Below, one piece after another: positions 33,081-45,392 of a DNA stretch of 51,807 nucleotides. Origin of the DNA: Escherichia coli (GTDB taxonomy: Bacteria; Pseudomonadota; Gammaproteobacteria; Enterobacterales; Enterobacteriaceae); the NCBI RefSeq assembly GCF_003334765.1, contig NZ_QOWT01000029.1; one strand, given 5' to 3'. How positions within the stretch are numbered: the first letter of the stretch is position 1; the number at the start of each line of letters is the position of its first letter. Both the position numbers and the translations under genes were made by a program. Below the pieces are notes generated by a model, which was not told where the DNA came from, did not search any database, and saw only the letters and a list, made by a program, of their open reading frames with translations.

Positions 33081-33869
33081 ATGGCCTATCGTTCCGCACC
33101 GCTCTATGAAGATGTTATCTGGCGAACGCATCTCCAGCCGCAGGATGCTGGGCTTGCACAAGCCATACGGGCGACGATCGCCGAACATCGTGAACATTTG
33201 CTCGAGTTTATCCGCCTGGATGAACCCGCTCCGCTTAACGCCATGACGCTGGCGCAATGGTCATCAACGAATGCGCTAAGTTCTCTACTGGCGGTCTATT
33301 CCGATCATATCTATCGCAACCAACCAACGATGATCCGCGAGAACAAACCGCTGATCTCACTATGGGCGCAATGGTATATCGGCCTGATGGTGCCACCATT
33401 AATGTTGGCGCTGCTGACGCAGGAAAAAGCATTAGATGTGTCGCCGGAACATTTCCACGTTGAGTTTCACGAAACCGGACGCGCCGCCTGTTTCTGGGTC
33501 GATGTGTGTGAAGATAAAAACGCAACACTACATTCGCCGCAGCAGCGAATGGAAACGTTAATCAGTCAGGCGCTGGTTCCGGTAGTGCAGGCATTAGAAG
33601 CAACGGGAGAGATCAACGGCAAACTTATCTGGAGCAATACCGGTTATTTGATCAACTGGTATCTGACTGAGATGAAACAGCTGCTTGGCGAGGCGACGGT
33701 TGAATCGCTGCGCCATGCCCTCTTTTTTGAGAAAATGCTCACGAACGGTGAAGATAATCCACTCTGGCGTACCGTGGTACTGCGCGACGGCCTGCTGGTG
33801 CGCCGCACTTGCTGCCAGCGTTATCGCTTACCGGATGTGCAGCAATGTGGCGATTGTACGCTGAAATGA
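33081..33869 (+). CDS. fhuF: Ferric-siderophore reductase FhuF (2Fe-2S)
   Basis: 262-aa ORF with C-terminal C-C-x10-C-x2-C cluster motif (RRTCCQRYRLPDVQQCGDC). Confidence 0.93.
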   Translation: MAYRSAPLYEDVIWRTHLQPQDAGLAQAIRATIAEHREHLLEFIRLDEPAPLNAMTLAQWSSTNALSSLLAVYSDHIYRNQPTMIRENKPLISLWAQWYIGLMVPPLMLALLTQEKALDVSPEHFHVEFHETGRAACFWVDVCEDKNATLHSPQQRMETLISQALVPVVQALEATGEINGKLIWSNTGYLINWYLTEMKQLLGEATVESLRHALFFEKMLTNGEDNPLWRTVVLRDGLLVRRTCCQRYRLPDVQQCGDCTLK

Positions 33870-33906
33870 AAGCACTGCCGGGGAAGTAAACCCGGCATCA
33901 TGCGGA

Positions 33907-34584
33907 TTAATAGGGATGCAACACATTACTTGCTTCGCAATGCCGCATACATAACAGAATATCTGCGGCCTCCAACAACCCTGCATCAGAACTGACGCCC
34001 AGTTTCGACATCACATTAAATTTATGTGCACGGATCGTTTTGATATTGCGTTTAAGCTGCTCGGCAATTTGTGTCATTGAGTAGCCACGCGACATAAAGC
34101 GCAATATTTCTCTCTCCGTCGGGCTTAGCGTTCGGCTTTGATTAATGTACCACTGATTGTTCAGTCGGTCGGTCGCCTGACGTACACCATTTAATGACAA
34201 AAAGAGTTCCTGATGAAAAATCTCCAGCGTTGACGCTTTACTTAATACACCGTCCAACGGTGATGGCGACAATGAACCAATCAGCCGAGCTTCAATATCA
34301 TCATCCGCAATAACTAAACGCCGGGTACGCGGAAACTTAATCGCCAGTTCAGTCAGGCAAGATAATCCCTCTCTGCGCTCACTTCTCATGGCAGAAAAAG
34401 AAAAAATGACCGCCGCAAACGAGATCCGCGACATGGCATCCTGAAATGACTCCTGACTGGTATAGGTATGGAGCTTATAAGGGTTACCCGCAAACTTTCT
34501 GAATAAACTCTCAATACCGATACTACTCATGACGCATTTTTCTATGAGTGCGACATTTCTCTTCTTAATTCGGCTGTGTTCCAT
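33907..34584 (-). CDS. bglJ: LuxR-family transcriptional activator BglJ
   Basis: 225-aa ORF with C-terminal LuxR HTH; 5' end overlaps yjjQ. Confidence 0.9.
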
Positions 34585-35267
34585 TCTGCGGCATCTCCAT
34601 AAACAGAAGGCAAGTTAAGTTCTCTTGCACCCTGCGCGCTATTTATCCATGCATACATTTCAGCGTTGCTGTGAATTGCCAGTCGACGCATCGCACTGTT
34701 TTTTTGGGCGCTGATAGTTTTATTACTTTTCTTAAGCAATGAAGCTATCTGGTTGATGCCCCATCCTTTACCTAATAGCCGCAGTACCTTGCGCTCTGAA
34801 AGAGTGAGAATGACGGAGCGATAGCTAAAATCATGAGTTTCAGTCATTGCCGGAGAGGTCAGCATGGCGCTGATACGCTCTGCGTGCGTATTACCGGAAC
34901 GTACGGTCTTGACCAGATTCTCAATGGGTTCAACATCAGACAATAACGTCGCCGTAGGGCACATGAGCAATTCTACTGCCTGGGAATACCAGGATCGTGA
35001 CACCATGAAAACCCAGTGAATTTCCCGATATTGTGAGATTAAAGAATAATAATGTTCACAAACAGAACGTGGATCTTCACTTTCACCGGCTAAATCAGCA
35101 ATGACTAATCCGGAACGACGTAATTGTAATAAGGTAAGGTCCTCCGCAGAGGCGCTGGATATTATTTCATATTCAGGGAAGTGAGTCCTCATGACCTCTT
35201 TTAACCCTGCTTGCATAACAGGTATTTTACTGATAACAATTCCATTTTTGCAGCATCCTGGCAACAT
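34542..35267 (-). CDS. yjjQ: LuxR-family transcriptional regulator YjjQ
   Basis: 241-aa ORF with C-terminal LuxR HTH; AT-rich upstream region. Confidence 0.9.
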
Positions 35268-35885
35268 ATTTCCTCCACATCCACTGTCTAAAAATTATGA
35301 TGGTTTATTCAGGATATTCATTCCTTAAATGTTTCCAGCAAATTAATAGATTAAGCGAATAAATTATCCTTAGCATTCACTTTCATATCAGCATACTCCT
35401 GCTGCACAACAACTCCACTGCATGTGTCAGAAGGTTAGCATCAAATGATAACCTAGTGAAATAGCCTGGAGACATTTAAAATATCTACATTAAGTTGTTA
35501 GAAATACTTAATGAAAAACAGAATTCTCATTCATTTAATTTATAATTAACTGATATCCCTTCCAGTAGAATGCAAAATCACACAATCAATATTTATTCAA
35601 TAAAATCTGATAGTTTTAACTTGTAAAAATTAAAAAACGCGCCCAGTTATCTTTTATCCTGATTCGTAAAGGCTAAACAATAAATTCATTATAGTGATAA
35701 TATTCATGTGATAATTTATTTGCGACGAGAGATAATTCGCTTTTTATCACCGAGCTTCTCCCGATAACCAGGATTAATCAGCGCAATTTTGATCTTAACC
35801 TACCGCAAAACAACCGTGCTTCATGATACAAATGGATTCTCATTATCTGAACAATACGCAGCACGTCTATGACAAAGGGCGAGTT

Positions 35886-36656
35886 ATGCAAACTGAGCAA
35901 CAGCGAGCCGTAACACGGCTTTGTATCCAGTGTGGATTATTTCTTTTGCAACATGGTGCGGAAAGCGCGTTGGTTGATGAGCTTTCCTCACGACTGGGTC
36001 GGGCGCTGGGAATGGACAGCGTCGAAAGTTCTATCTCTTCGAACGCCATAGTGCTGACAACTATTAAAGATGGGCAATGCCTGACATCGACACGAAAAAA
36101 TCAAGATCGCGGCATTAATATGCATGTGGTGACTGAAGTCCAGCACATTGTGATTCTGGCGGAGCATCATCTGCTGGATTACAAAGGTGTAGAGAAACGA
36201 TTTAGCCAAATTCAGCCATTACGTTACCCGAGATGGCTGGTAGCCTTAATGGTCGGCCTTTCTTGCGCCTGTTTCTGTAAACTCAATAAAGGTGGCTGGG
36301 ATGGTGCCGTCATCACCTTCTTTGCCAGTACGGTCGCGATGTATATCCGCCAGCTGCTGGCACAACGTCATCTTCATCCACAGATCAACTTTTGCCTCAC
36401 CGCTTTCGCCGCCACCACCATTTCCGGTTTGCTTTTGCAACTTCCCACTTTCAGCAATACACCCACCATCGCGATGGCCGCCAGCGTTCTGCTGCTGGTG
36501 CCGGGTTTTCCGTTGATTAATGCCGTCGCCGATATGTTTAAAGGCCACATCAATACCGGACTGGCACGCTGGGCGATCGCCAGTCTGCTGACACTGGCTA
36601 CCTGCGTCGGCGTGGTGATGGCACTGACGATTTGGGGGCTACGCGGATGGGTGTGA
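35886..36656 (+). CDS. yjjP: Inner-membrane protein YjjP (succinate exporter subunit)
   Basis: ORF track 277 aa from 35823; start moved to [12 protein letters not shown] to give 256 aa. Confidence 0.85.
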
Positions 36657-37120
36657 TCGAATTTCTGTTAGCGTTGGCGCAGGATATGATCCTCGCCGCC
36701 ATTCCTGCGGTCGGCTTTGCGATGGTGTTCAACGTTCCCGTGCGGGCGTTACGCTGGTGTGCGCTGCTTGGCTCGATAGGTCATGGTTCCCGAATGATCT
36801 TAATGACCAGCGGGCTGAATATTGAGTGGTCAACTTTTATGGCTTCTATGCTGGTCGGCACCATTGGTATTCAATGGTCGCGCTGGTATCTGGCGCATCC
36901 GAAAGTGTTTACCGTGGCGGCTGTTATTCCTATGTTCCCTGGCATATCGGCTTATACCGCAATGATTTCGGCGGTAAAAATCAGCCAGCTAGGTTACAGC
37001 GAACCGTTGATGATTACCCTGTTAACCAACTTTCTTACAGCTTCATCAATTGTTGGTGCGTTATCCATCGGTCTTTCCATTCCTGGATTATGGTTGTACC
37101 GCAAGCGCCCTCGCGTATAA
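36647..37120 (+). CDS. yjjB: Inner-membrane protein YjjB (succinate exporter subunit)
   Basis: ORF track 162 aa; start moved to [10 protein letters not shown] to give 157 aa; hydrophobic; overlaps yjjP stop. Confidence 0.85.
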
Positions 37121-37226
37121 AATTGCCTCGCTTAAGCACACGGATGAGAGACAGCCTCCTCTCCTCCGTGTGTTACTATAAAAGTTATCTCCCTTCTCGT
37201 TCATCGTTCCATATTTGAGAAACAGT

Positions 37227-37766
37227 ATGTCTTCCAGAGTTTTGACCCCGGACGTCGTTGGTATTGACGCCCTGGTACACGATCACCAAACCGTTCTGGC
37301 AAAAGCTGAAGGCGGTGTGGTTGCCGTATTTGCTAACAATGCCCCGGCGTTTTATGCCGTCACGCCTGCACGCCTGGCTGAACTGCTGGCGCTGGAAGAA
37401 AAGCTGGCGCGTCCGGGAAGCGATGTCGCTCTGGACGATCAACTCTATCAGGAACCGCAAGCTGCTCCCGTAGCTGTACCCATGGGGAAATTCGCCATGT
37501 ATCCGGACTGGCAACCCGATGCCGACTTTATCCGCCTGGCGGCGCTATGGGGCGTGGCGCTAAGAGAGCCGGTGACCACCGAAGAACTGGCCTCATTCAT
37601 TGCCTACTGGCAGGCGGAAGGTAAAGTCTTTCACCATGTGCAGTGGCAACAAAAACTGGCGCGCAGCCTGCAAATCGGTCGTGCCAGCAACGGCGGACTG
37701 CCGAAACGAGATGTGAATACGGTCAGTGAACCTGACAGCCAAATTCCACCAGGATTCAGAGGGTAA
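37227..37766 (+). CDS. dnaT: Primosomal protein DnaT
   Basis: ORF track 183 aa; start moved to [12 protein letters not shown] to give 179 aa. Confidence 0.92.
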
Positions 37767-37768
37767 CG

Positions 37769-38506
37769 ATGAAAAACGTTGGCGACCTGATGCAACGCCT
37801 GCAAAAAATGATGCCTGCCCATATCAAACCTGCTTTCAAAACGGGTGAAGAACTACTGGCCTGGCAGAAAGAACAAGGGGCGATCCGCTCCGCCGCTCTC
37901 GAACGTGAAAATCGGGCGATGAAAATGCAGCGCACCTTTAACCGCTCCGGTATTCGTCCACTGCATCAGAACTGCTCCTTTGAGAACTATCGCGTTGAGT
38001 GTGAAGGGCAGATGAATGCGTTAAGCAAAGCGCGCCAGTATGTCGAAGAGTTTGACGGCAACATCGCCAGCTTCATCTTTTCTGGTAAGCCAGGAACCGG
38101 CAAAAACCATCTGGCGGCGGCAATCTGCAACGAGCTGCTGCTACGCGGTAAATCCGTATTGATCATCACCGTGGCCGATATTATGTCGGCGATGAAAGAT
38201 ACCTTCAGGAATAGCGGTACCAGCGAAGAACAACTGCTTAACGATCTGAGCAACGTTGATCTGCTGGTGATCGATGAGATCGGCGTGCAGACCGAATCGA
38301 AATACGAAAAAGTGATCATCAACCAGATCGTCGATCGCCGCTCTTCTTCCAAACGCCCAACCGGGATGCTGACCAACAGTAATATGGAAGAGATGACCAA
38401 GTTGCTGGGCGAACGCGTGATGGACCGTATGCGCCTGGGTAACAGTTTATGGGTGATCTTCAACTGGGATAGCTACCGTAGCCGGGTAACAGGTAAAGAG
38501 TATTAA
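37769..38506 (+). CDS. dnaC: Helicase loader DnaC (AAA+)
   Basis: 245-aa ORF with Walker A GKPGTGKNHLA and Walker B LLVIDEIG; starts 3 bp after dnaT. Confidence 0.95.
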   Translation: MKNVGDLMQRLQKMMPAHIKPAFKTGEELLAWQKEQGAIRSAALERENRAMKMQRTFNRSGIRPLHQNCSFENYRVECEGQMNALSKARQYVEEFDGNIASFIFSGKPGTGKNHLAAAICNELLLRGKSVLIITVADIMSAMKDTFRNSGTSEEQLLNDLSNVDLLVIDEIGVQTESKYEKVIINQIVDRRSSSKRPTGMLTNSNMEEMTKLLGERVMDRMRLGNSLWVIFNWDSYRSRVTGKEY

Positions 38507-38554
38507 TCCCCGTTTCTGGCGGTATACTGCGACACAATTCCACCTTGAGTAATG

Positions 38555-39049
38555 ATGATGAAAACTGTTAAACACCTTCTGTGCTGTGCCATTGCCGCCA
38601 GCGCATTAATTTCCACCGGGGTGCATGCTGCGTCCTGGAAAGATGCGCTCTCCAGCGCCGCCAGCGAACTTGGCAACCAAAACAGCACGACACAGGAAGG
38701 CGGTTGGTCGCTCGCGTCATTAACTAACTTGCTTAGCAGCGGGAACCAGGCCTTAAGCGCAGATAACATGAACAACGCCGCAGGCATTCTGCAATACTGC
38801 GCGAAGCAAAAGCTGGCTTCGGTAACCGATGCCGAAAACATCAAGAACCAGGTGCTGGAAAAGCTGGGCCTGAACAGTGAAGAACAAAAAGAAGACACCA
38901 ACTATCTGGATGGCATTCAGGGTTTGCTGAAAACCAAAGATGGTCAGCAACTCAATCTGGATAACATCGGAACGACTCCGCTGGCAGAAAAGGTGAAAAC
39001 CAAAGCCTGCGATCTGGTGTTAAAGCAGGGGCTGAACTTCATTTCCTGA
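38555..39049 (+). CDS. yjjA: Periplasmic protein YjjA (DUF2501)
   Basis: ORF track 165 aa; start moved to MMKTVKHLLCCAIAASALI (164 aa, signal peptide). Confidence 0.8.
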   Translation: MMKTVKHLLCCAIAASALISTGVHAASWKDALSSAASELGNQNSTTQEGGWSLASLTNLLSSGNQALSADNMNNAAGILQYCAKQKLASVTDAENIKNQVLEKLGLNSEEQKEDTNYLDGIQGLLKTKDGQQLNLDNIGTTPLAEKVKTKACDLVLKQGLNFIS

Positions 39050-39302
39050 ACCGCGAAACGCCGCGTTTTAGCTGTTACCCGGCTGACGCGGCTCTCTCCT
39101 GCCCTTTTCCCTGCTCCTGGACGGTTTTCCCCCTGTTACACGGGAAGCGACCGCGATCAAAAAAGTCTGTTTATAAACTAATTCCTAACAACATCGCATT
39201 TTTTTGACACTAGAATTGCAGCAATATGGCGACGCCATTACATTGTGCTTCTCAAAAAGCTTAAACGTTGGCTAAACAGCCCGGTTTAGTGAGGATCGCC
39301 CG

Positions 39303-41594
39303 TTGTCAGAACTACTCTCTTTCGCCCTTTTTCTCGCCTCTGTGCTGATTTACGCATGGAAAGCGGGACGTAACACCTGGTGGTTTGCAGCCACATTAAC
39401 AGTGCTGGGGCTATTTGTCGTTTTAAATATCACCCTGTTTGCCAGCGACTATTTTACTGGCGATGGTATTAACGACGCGGTTCTCTATACCTTAACCAAC
39501 AGCCTGACCGGTGCTGGCGTCAGCAAATACATCCTGCCGGGTATCGGCATTGTGCTGGGGCTGACAGCGGTGTTCGGTGCGCTGGGCTGGATCCTGCGCC
39601 GTCGTCGCCATCATCCGCACCATTTTGGTTACAGCCTGCTGGCGCTCTTACTGGCGCTGGGTTCGGTGGACGCCAGCCCGGCATTTCGTCAGATAACGGA
39701 ACTGGTGAAATCCCAGTCACGCGATGGCGACCCGGACTTTGCGGCTTATTATAAAGAGCCGTCGAAAACTATCCCTGACCCGAAACTCAACCTGGTTTAT
39801 ATCTACGGCGAAAGTCTCGAGCGGACCTATTTTGATAACGAGGCTTTCCCGGATCTCACGCCTGAACTGGGCGCGTTGAAAAATGAAGGCCTGGATTTCA
39901 GCCACACGCAGCAGCTGCCAGGAACGGATTACACGATTGCGGGCATGGTGGCTTCTCAGTGCGGCATACCGCTGTTTGCCCCCTTTGAAGGCAACGCCTC
40001 CGCCTCTGTCTCCAGCTTCTTCCCGCAGAACATCTGTCTGGGCGATATCCTGAAAAACTCGGGTTATCAGAACTATTTCGTGCAGGGCGCAAATCTGCGT
40101 TTTGCCGGTAAAGATGTGTTCCTGAAATCGCACGGCTTCGACCACTTATACGGCTCAGAAGAGCTGAAAAGCGTGGTAGCCGACCCGCACTATCGCAACG
40201 ACTGGGGATTCTACGACGATACCGTTCTCGATGAAGCGTGGAAAAAGTTTGAAGAGCTTTCCCGCTCAGGTCAGCGATTCTCACTGTTTACCCTGACAGT
40301 CGATACCCATCACCCGGATGGTTTTATTTCTCGTACCTGTAACCGCAAAAAATATGATTTTGACGGTAAACCGAATCAGTCATTCAGCGCGGTAAGTTGC
40401 AGCCAGGAGAATATCGCGACGTTTATCAACAAAATCAAAGCGTCACCGTGGTTTAAAGATACTGTCATCGTCGTCTCTTCTGACCATTTAGCGATGAACA
40501 ACACGGCGTGGAAATACCTCAATAAGCAGGATCGCAATAACCTGTTTTTTGTCATTCGTGGCGACAAGCCGCAGCAAGAGACGCTGGCAGTGAAGCGTAA
40601 CACGATGGATAACGGCGCGACGGTGCTGGACATTCTCGGTGGCGATAACTATCTCGGACTTGGTCGTAGCAGTTTATCCGGGCAGTCGATGTCGGAAATC
40701 TTCCTCAATATCAAAGAGAAAACATTGGCGTGGAAGCCAGATATCATCCGCCTGTGGAAATTCCCTAAAGAGATGAAAGAGTTCACCATCGACCAGCAGA
40801 AAAACATGATTGCCTTCTCGGGTAGCCATTTCCGTTTGCCGCTGCTGTTGCGGGTTTCAGACAAACGCGTGGAACCGCTGCCGGAAAGCGAATACTCAGC
40901 ACCGCTGCGTTTCCAGCTGGCCGATTTCGCTCCACGCGACAATTTCGTCTGGGTTGACCGTTGCTATAAGATGGCACAACTCTGGGCTCCGGAACTGGCA
41001 CTCTCCACCGACTGGTGTGTCTCGCAAGGGCAGCTTGGCGGTCAGCAAATTGTTCAGCATGTTGACAAAACAACATGGCAGGGCAAAACGGCATTTAAAG
41101 ATACGGTCATCGACATGGCGCGTTATAAAGGCAATGTCGATACGCTGAAAATTGTTGATAACGATATTCGCTACAAAGCCGACAGTTTCATCTTCAACGT
41201 CGCCGGTGCGCCAGAAGAGGTGAAACAGTTTAGTGGGATTTCCCGTCCAGAGTCGTGGGGCCGCTGGTCCAACGCGCAGCTGGGCGATGAAGTAAAAATC
41301 GAGTACAAGCATCCGCTGCCGAAGAAATTTGACCTGGTGATTACCGCCAAAGCATACGGCAATAACGCCAGCCGTCCTATTCCGGTACGCGTAGGCAATG
41401 AAGAAAAAACTCTTGTGCTGGGCAATGAAGTGACCACCACCACACTGCATTTCGATAACCCAACCGATGCCGACACACTGGTAATTGTGCCGCCGGAACC
41501 TGTCTCAACCAACGAAGGGAATATCCTCGGACACTCGCCGCGTAAGCTCGGGATCGGCATGGTGGAAATTAAAGTTGTGGAACGTGAAGGGTAA
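39303..41594 (+). CDS. opgB: Phosphoglycerol transferase I OpgB (MdoB)
   Basis: 763-aa ORF starting at TTG (…[14 protein letters not shown]); N-terminal TM helices and sulfatase-like periplasmic domain. Confidence 0.93.
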   Translation: MSELLSFALFLASVLIYAWKAGRNTWWFAATLTVLGLFVVLNITLFASDYFTGDGINDAVLYTLTNSLTGAGVSKYILPGIGIVLGLTAVFGALGWILRRRRHHPHHFGYSLLALLLALGSVDASPAFRQITELVKSQSRDGDPDFAAYYKEPSKTIPDPKLNLVYIYGESLERTYFDNEAFPDLTPELGALKNEGLDFSHTQQLPGTDYTIAGMVASQCGIPLFAPFEGNASASVSSFFPQNICLGDILKNSGYQNYFVQGANLRFAGKDVFLKSHGFDHLYGSEELKSVVADPHYRNDWGFYDDTVLDEAWKKFEELSRSGQRFSLFTLTVDTHHPDGFISRTCNRKKYDFDGKPNQSFSAVSCSQENIATFINKIKASPWFKDTVIVVSSDHLAMNNTAWKYLNKQDRNNLFFVIRGDKPQQETLAVKRNTMDNGATVLDILGGDNYLGLGRSSLSGQSMSEIFLNIKEKTLAWKPDIIRLWKFPKEMKEFTIDQQKNMIAFSGSHFRLPLLLRVSDKRVEPLPESEYSAPLRFQLADFAPRDNFVWVDRCYKMAQLWAPELALSTDWCVSQGQLGGQQIVQHVDKTTWQGKTAFKDTVIDMARYKGNVDTLKIVDNDIRYKADSFIFNVAGAPEEVKQFSGISRPESWGRWSNAQLGDEVKIEYKHPLPKKFDLVITAKAYGNNASRPIPVRVGNEEKTLVLGNEVTTTTLHFDNPTDADTLVIVPPEPVSTNEGNILGHSPRKLGIGMVEIKVVEREG

Positions 41595-41603
41595 TTTCTG
41601 ACT

Positions 41604-41655
41604 GATGTGTAGGTCGCATAAGGTGCGACCTACACATCTTCTCCGGCCTACAAAA
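41604..41655. repeat. REP-like palindromic element after opgB
   Basis: Palindrome TGTGTAGGTCGCA...TGCGACCTACACA followed by CTCCGGCCTACAAAA. Confidence 0.6.
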
Positions 41656-41733
41656 CATCATTGAGAAACAGAAAAAAAACAGCGCCCAACACTTCCCCGG
41701 ACGCTGCATGGCAACTTTAATAATCTCGCCTTA

Positions 41734-42756
41734 TCAGAAAGTAATTACACCCTTAATCAACTCACGATTGTTAATCACATCACGCTCGTAGGTTTCTGCC
41801 AGCGTGGCGAACGGGTAGCGATGGGTTAACATCATGTCGGCAGTGATTTTCCCTTCCGCCATCAGTCGACCGACTTTAGCGAAATCTTCCGGCGTGGCGT
41901 TGCGGCTACCCATCATCGTCGTTTCTTTTTTATGGAATTCTGGATCGGAGAACTGCAACTCACCTTTAAACAGACCGACAAATACCACCGTGCCGCCGTG
42001 ACGAATCAGATTCACGGTGTTATTCATCGCATGTTGATTACCTGTCGCGTCGATCACTTTCTGCGCCAGAGAACCACCAAACTGCGCCCGCAGCTGCGCG
42101 TCAAAATCTTCGGCTGATGGGTCCAGCACGGGCAACTCCAGACGCGTTGCCACATGTTCACGGCGCGCCGGACTGGTATCCGCCACCACCACCTGTGCGC
42201 CATCGGCTTTAGCGATTGCCGCCGCGCCCAGACCGATTGGCCCCGCCCCGACCACCAGCACCTGCTCGCCGGGAGCAATGGCTGCGCGACGTACCGCATG
42301 AGCGCTAATAGCGAAAGGTTCAATCAATGCTGCCGCCTGCGGGTCAATACCATCTGCGGGCAAAATGTTCGCCACCGGCACGCTCAAATACTCACTAAAA
42401 CCGCCATCCTGATGCACGCCAATGACTGAAATTTTTTCACAGCAATTGGTACGCCCGCTTTTACACGCCGGGCATTGCTGACAGGCAACATAAGGGATCA
42501 CCGCTACTTGCTGTCCATTTTTAAGATTTGCAATATTTTTACCCAGCCCAACAATCTCCCCACATATTTCATGGCCTAAAACCCGTGGATAACTAAAAAA
42601 TGGTTGATTTCCACCCCAGGCATGAATATCGGTACCGCAAATCCCGACAGACTTAATTTTTATTAATGCTTCATTGTCACCCGGAATAGGTATCTCGCGT
42701 TGTTTCCAGACTAATTCTTTCGGCTGCTGGCAAATTAAAACATTCATCGTAGACAT
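41734..42756 (-). CDS. lgoD: Zn-dependent alcohol-dehydrogenase-family L-galactonate oxidoreductase LgoD (YjjN)
   Basis: ORF track 345 aa; start moved to MSTMNVLICQQ (about 340 aa); GHE...GxGxxG MDR-family motifs (GHEICGEI, VVGAGPIGLG). Confidence 0.88.
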   Translation of the reverse strand: MSTMNVLICQQPKELVWKQREIPIPGDNEALIKIKSVGICGTDIHAWGGNQPFFSYPRVLGHEICGEIVGLGKNIANLKNGQQVAVIPYVACQQCPACKSGRTNCCEKISVIGVHQDGGFSEYLSVPVANILPADGIDPQAAALIEPFAISAHAVRRAAIAPGEQVLVVGAGPIGLGAAAIAKADGAQVVVADTSPARREHVATRLELPVLDPSAEDFDAQLRAQFGGSLAQKVIDATGNQHAMNNTVNLIRHGGTVVFVGLFKGELQFSDPEFHKKETTMMGSRNATPEDFAKVGRLMAEGKITADMMLTHRYPFATLAETYERDVINNRELIKGVITF

Positions 42757-42894
42757 GATTCGGCTCTCCATTTTTTGTTGCCTTAGATATCAATGAAAAT
42801 GAAAAATGGCAGCGGAACGGAAAATCTGTTTTGTGAAAACACACGCATAAAAATGTTTTAAATCGGGTTTTAATGGACTCACAAGGAGGAAAAT

Positions 42895-43809
42895 ATGAGT
42901 CGTTCACAAAATTTACGCCACAATGTGATTAACCAGGTCATTGATGATATGGCGCGGGGTCATATCCCTTCCCCACTTCCATCGCAAAGTGCGCTGGCGG
43001 AAATGTACAACATCAGCCGCACTACAGTGCGTCATATTCTCAGCCACTTACGCGAATGCGGCGTCTTAACGCAGGTTGGAAACGACTATGTGATTGCGCG
43101 TAAACCTGACCATGATGACGGTTTCGCCTGTACTACCGCTTCAATGAGTGAACAAAACAAAGTGTTTGAGCAGGCTTTTTTCACGATGATAAACCAGCGC
43201 CAGTTACGCCCTGGGGAAACTTTTTCTGAACTGCAACTGGCTCGGGCCGCGGGTGTCAGCCCGGTTGTAGTAAGAGAATATCTTTTAAAATTCGGCCGTT
43301 ATAATCTTATTCAAAGCGAAAAGCGCGGCCAGTGGAGCATGAAGCAATTCGATCAATCCTACGCCGAGCAGCTGTTTGAACTACGCGAAATGCTCGAAAC
43401 ACATTCACTTCAGCACTTTCTCAACCTGCCTGATCATGATCCCCGCTGGCTGCAGGCGAAAACCATGCTCGAACGTCATCGGCTACTGCGTGACAACATC
43501 GGCAATAGCTTTCGCATGTTCTCGCAACTTGACAGAGATTTTCACTCCTTACTGCTTTCAGCTGCCGACAATATCTTTTTTGATCAATCTCTTGAGATCA
43601 TCTCAGTCATCTTTCATTTTCACTATCAATGGGACGAAAGCGATCTTAAACAGCGCAATATCATTGCCGTCGATGAGCATATGACCATTCTCAGCGCTCT
43701 GATTTGCCGCAGTGACCTTGATGCCACCCTTGCGCTCCGTAACCATTTGAATTCAGCTAAACAATCAATGATTCGATCCATTAATGAGAACACGCGTTAT
43801 GCTCATTAA
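42895..43809 (+). CDS. lgoR: GntR-family regulator LgoR (YjjM)
   Basis: 304-aa ORF with GntR-type HTH and FadR-like C-terminal domain, divergent from lgoD. Confidence 0.88.
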   Translation: MSRSQNLRHNVINQVIDDMARGHIPSPLPSQSALAEMYNISRTTVRHILSHLRECGVLTQVGNDYVIARKPDHDDGFACTTASMSEQNKVFEQAFFTMINQRQLRPGETFSELQLARAAGVSPVVVREYLLKFGRYNLIQSEKRGQWSMKQFDQSYAEQLFELREMLETHSLQHFLNLPDHDPRWLQAKTMLERHRLLRDNIGNSFRMFSQLDRDFHSLLLSAADNIFFDQSLEIISVIFHFHYQWDESDLKQRNIIAVDEHMTILSALICRSDLDATLALRNHLNSAKQSMIRSINENTRYAH

Positions 43810-44023
43810 GTACGGATTAAAAACAGCAAACTATTAGCGGGTGCACGGTTTTATCAAAAGATAAATACCGGGAAATTCCCGCTTACCTATGCTCACAATC
43901 AGTCGACTAAAAATGTTTTTGTGAGCGGTAGTAAAGTCCTAAAACTTTAACCTGCCGTTAATGTCAACCTTGCGTAATGCACAATTACGTAAACAATTAA
44001 AATTATAAATACAGGAGTCCGGC

Positions 44024-45385
44024 GTGGAAAAAGAAAATATCACCCTCGATCCGCGTTCTTCATTTACTCCATCTTCGTCGGCAGATATTCCCGTGCCACC
44101 AGATGGATTAGTTCAACGCAGTACCCGAATTAAACGCATTCAAACCACCGCCATGTTGTTATTATTTTTTGCGGCGGTAATCAATTATCTCGACCGCAGT
44201 TCGCTGTCGGTAGCAAATTTAACGATTCGTGAAGAATTGGGATTAAGTGCCACCGAAATCGGCGCTTTGCTCTCCGTGTTTTCACTCGCTTACGGGATTG
44301 CGCAACTTCCTTGCGGCCCACTATTGGATCGTAAAGGCCCACGCCTGATGCTGGGACTGGGGATGTTCTTCTGGTCACTGTTCCAGGCCATGTCTGGCAT
44401 GGTGCACAGCTTTACGCAGTTCGTGTTGGTGCGTATCGGTATGGGGATTGGTGAAGCGCCGATGAACCCATGTGGCGTAAAAGTCATTAACGACTGGTTC
44501 AACATCAAAGAGCGCGGACGCCCGATGGGCTTCTTCAACGCAGCTTCTACCATTGGCGTTGCCGTAAGCCCACCGATTCTGGCGGCGATGATGCTGGTGA
44601 TGGGCTGGCGTGGGATGTTTATTACCATTGGTGTGCTGGGGATTTTTCTCGCCATTGGCTGGTATATGCTCTATCGCAACCGCGAGCACGTAGAACTGAC
44701 TGCCGTTGAACAAGCTTATCTCAATGCAGGTAGCGTCAATGCCCGCCGAGATCCGCTCAGTTTTGCCGAATGGCGCAGCCTGTTCCGTAACCGCACAATG
44801 TGGGGAATGATGCTCGGATTCAGTGGCATCAACTACACTGCGTGGCTGTATCTGGCCTGGCTTCCTGGTTACCTGCAAACAGCCTATAACCTGGATTTAA
44901 AAAGCACAGGGTTGATGGCGGCTATCCCTTTCCTGTTTGGGGCTGCCGGGATGCTGGTCAACGGTTACGTTACTGACTGGCTGGTCAAAGGGGGAATGGC
45001 TCCGATTAAAAGCCGTAAGATCTGCATTATTGCCGGGATGTTCTGTTCTGCCGCCTTTACGCTGGTCGTACCGCAAGCGACAACATCCATGACGGCGGTT
45101 CTGCTGATTGGCATGGCACTGTTCTGTATTCACTTTGCCGGAACATCCTGCTGGGGCTTGATCCACGTCGCAGTTGCTTCTCGCATGACGGCGTCGGTGG
45201 GCAGTATCCAGAACTTTGCCAGCTTCATCTGCGCCTCTTTTGCGCCGATCATTACTGGTTTTATTGTTGATACCACCCACTCATTCCGTCTGGCACTAAT
45301 CATCTGCGGTTGCGTCACCGCAGCGGGAGCACTGGCGTACATCTTCCTGGTTCGTCAGCCGATCAACGACCCGCGTAAAGATTAA
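44024..45385 (+). CDS. lgoT: MFS transporter LgoT (YjjL), L-galactonate uptake
   Basis: 453-aa ORF, 12-TM major facilitator profile. Confidence 0.88.
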   Translation: MEKENITLDPRSSFTPSSSADIPVPPDGLVQRSTRIKRIQTTAMLLLFFAAVINYLDRSSLSVANLTIREELGLSATEIGALLSVFSLAYGIAQLPCGPLLDRKGPRLMLGLGMFFWSLFQAMSGMVHSFTQFVLVRIGMGIGEAPMNPCGVKVINDWFNIKERGRPMGFFNAASTIGVAVSPPILAAMMLVMGWRGMFITIGVLGIFLAIGWYMLYRNREHVELTAVEQAYLNAGSVNARRDPLSFAEWRSLFRNRTMWGMMLGFSGINYTAWLYLAWLPGYLQTAYNLDLKSTGLMAAIPFLFGAAGMLVNGYVTDWLVKGGMAPIKSRKICIIAGMFCSAAFTLVVPQATTSMTAVLLIGMALFCIHFAGTSCWGLIHVAVASRMTASVGSIQNFASFICASFAPIITGFIVDTTHSFRLALIICGCVTAAGALAYIFLVRQPINDPRKD

Positions 45386-45392
45386 ACTCCCT

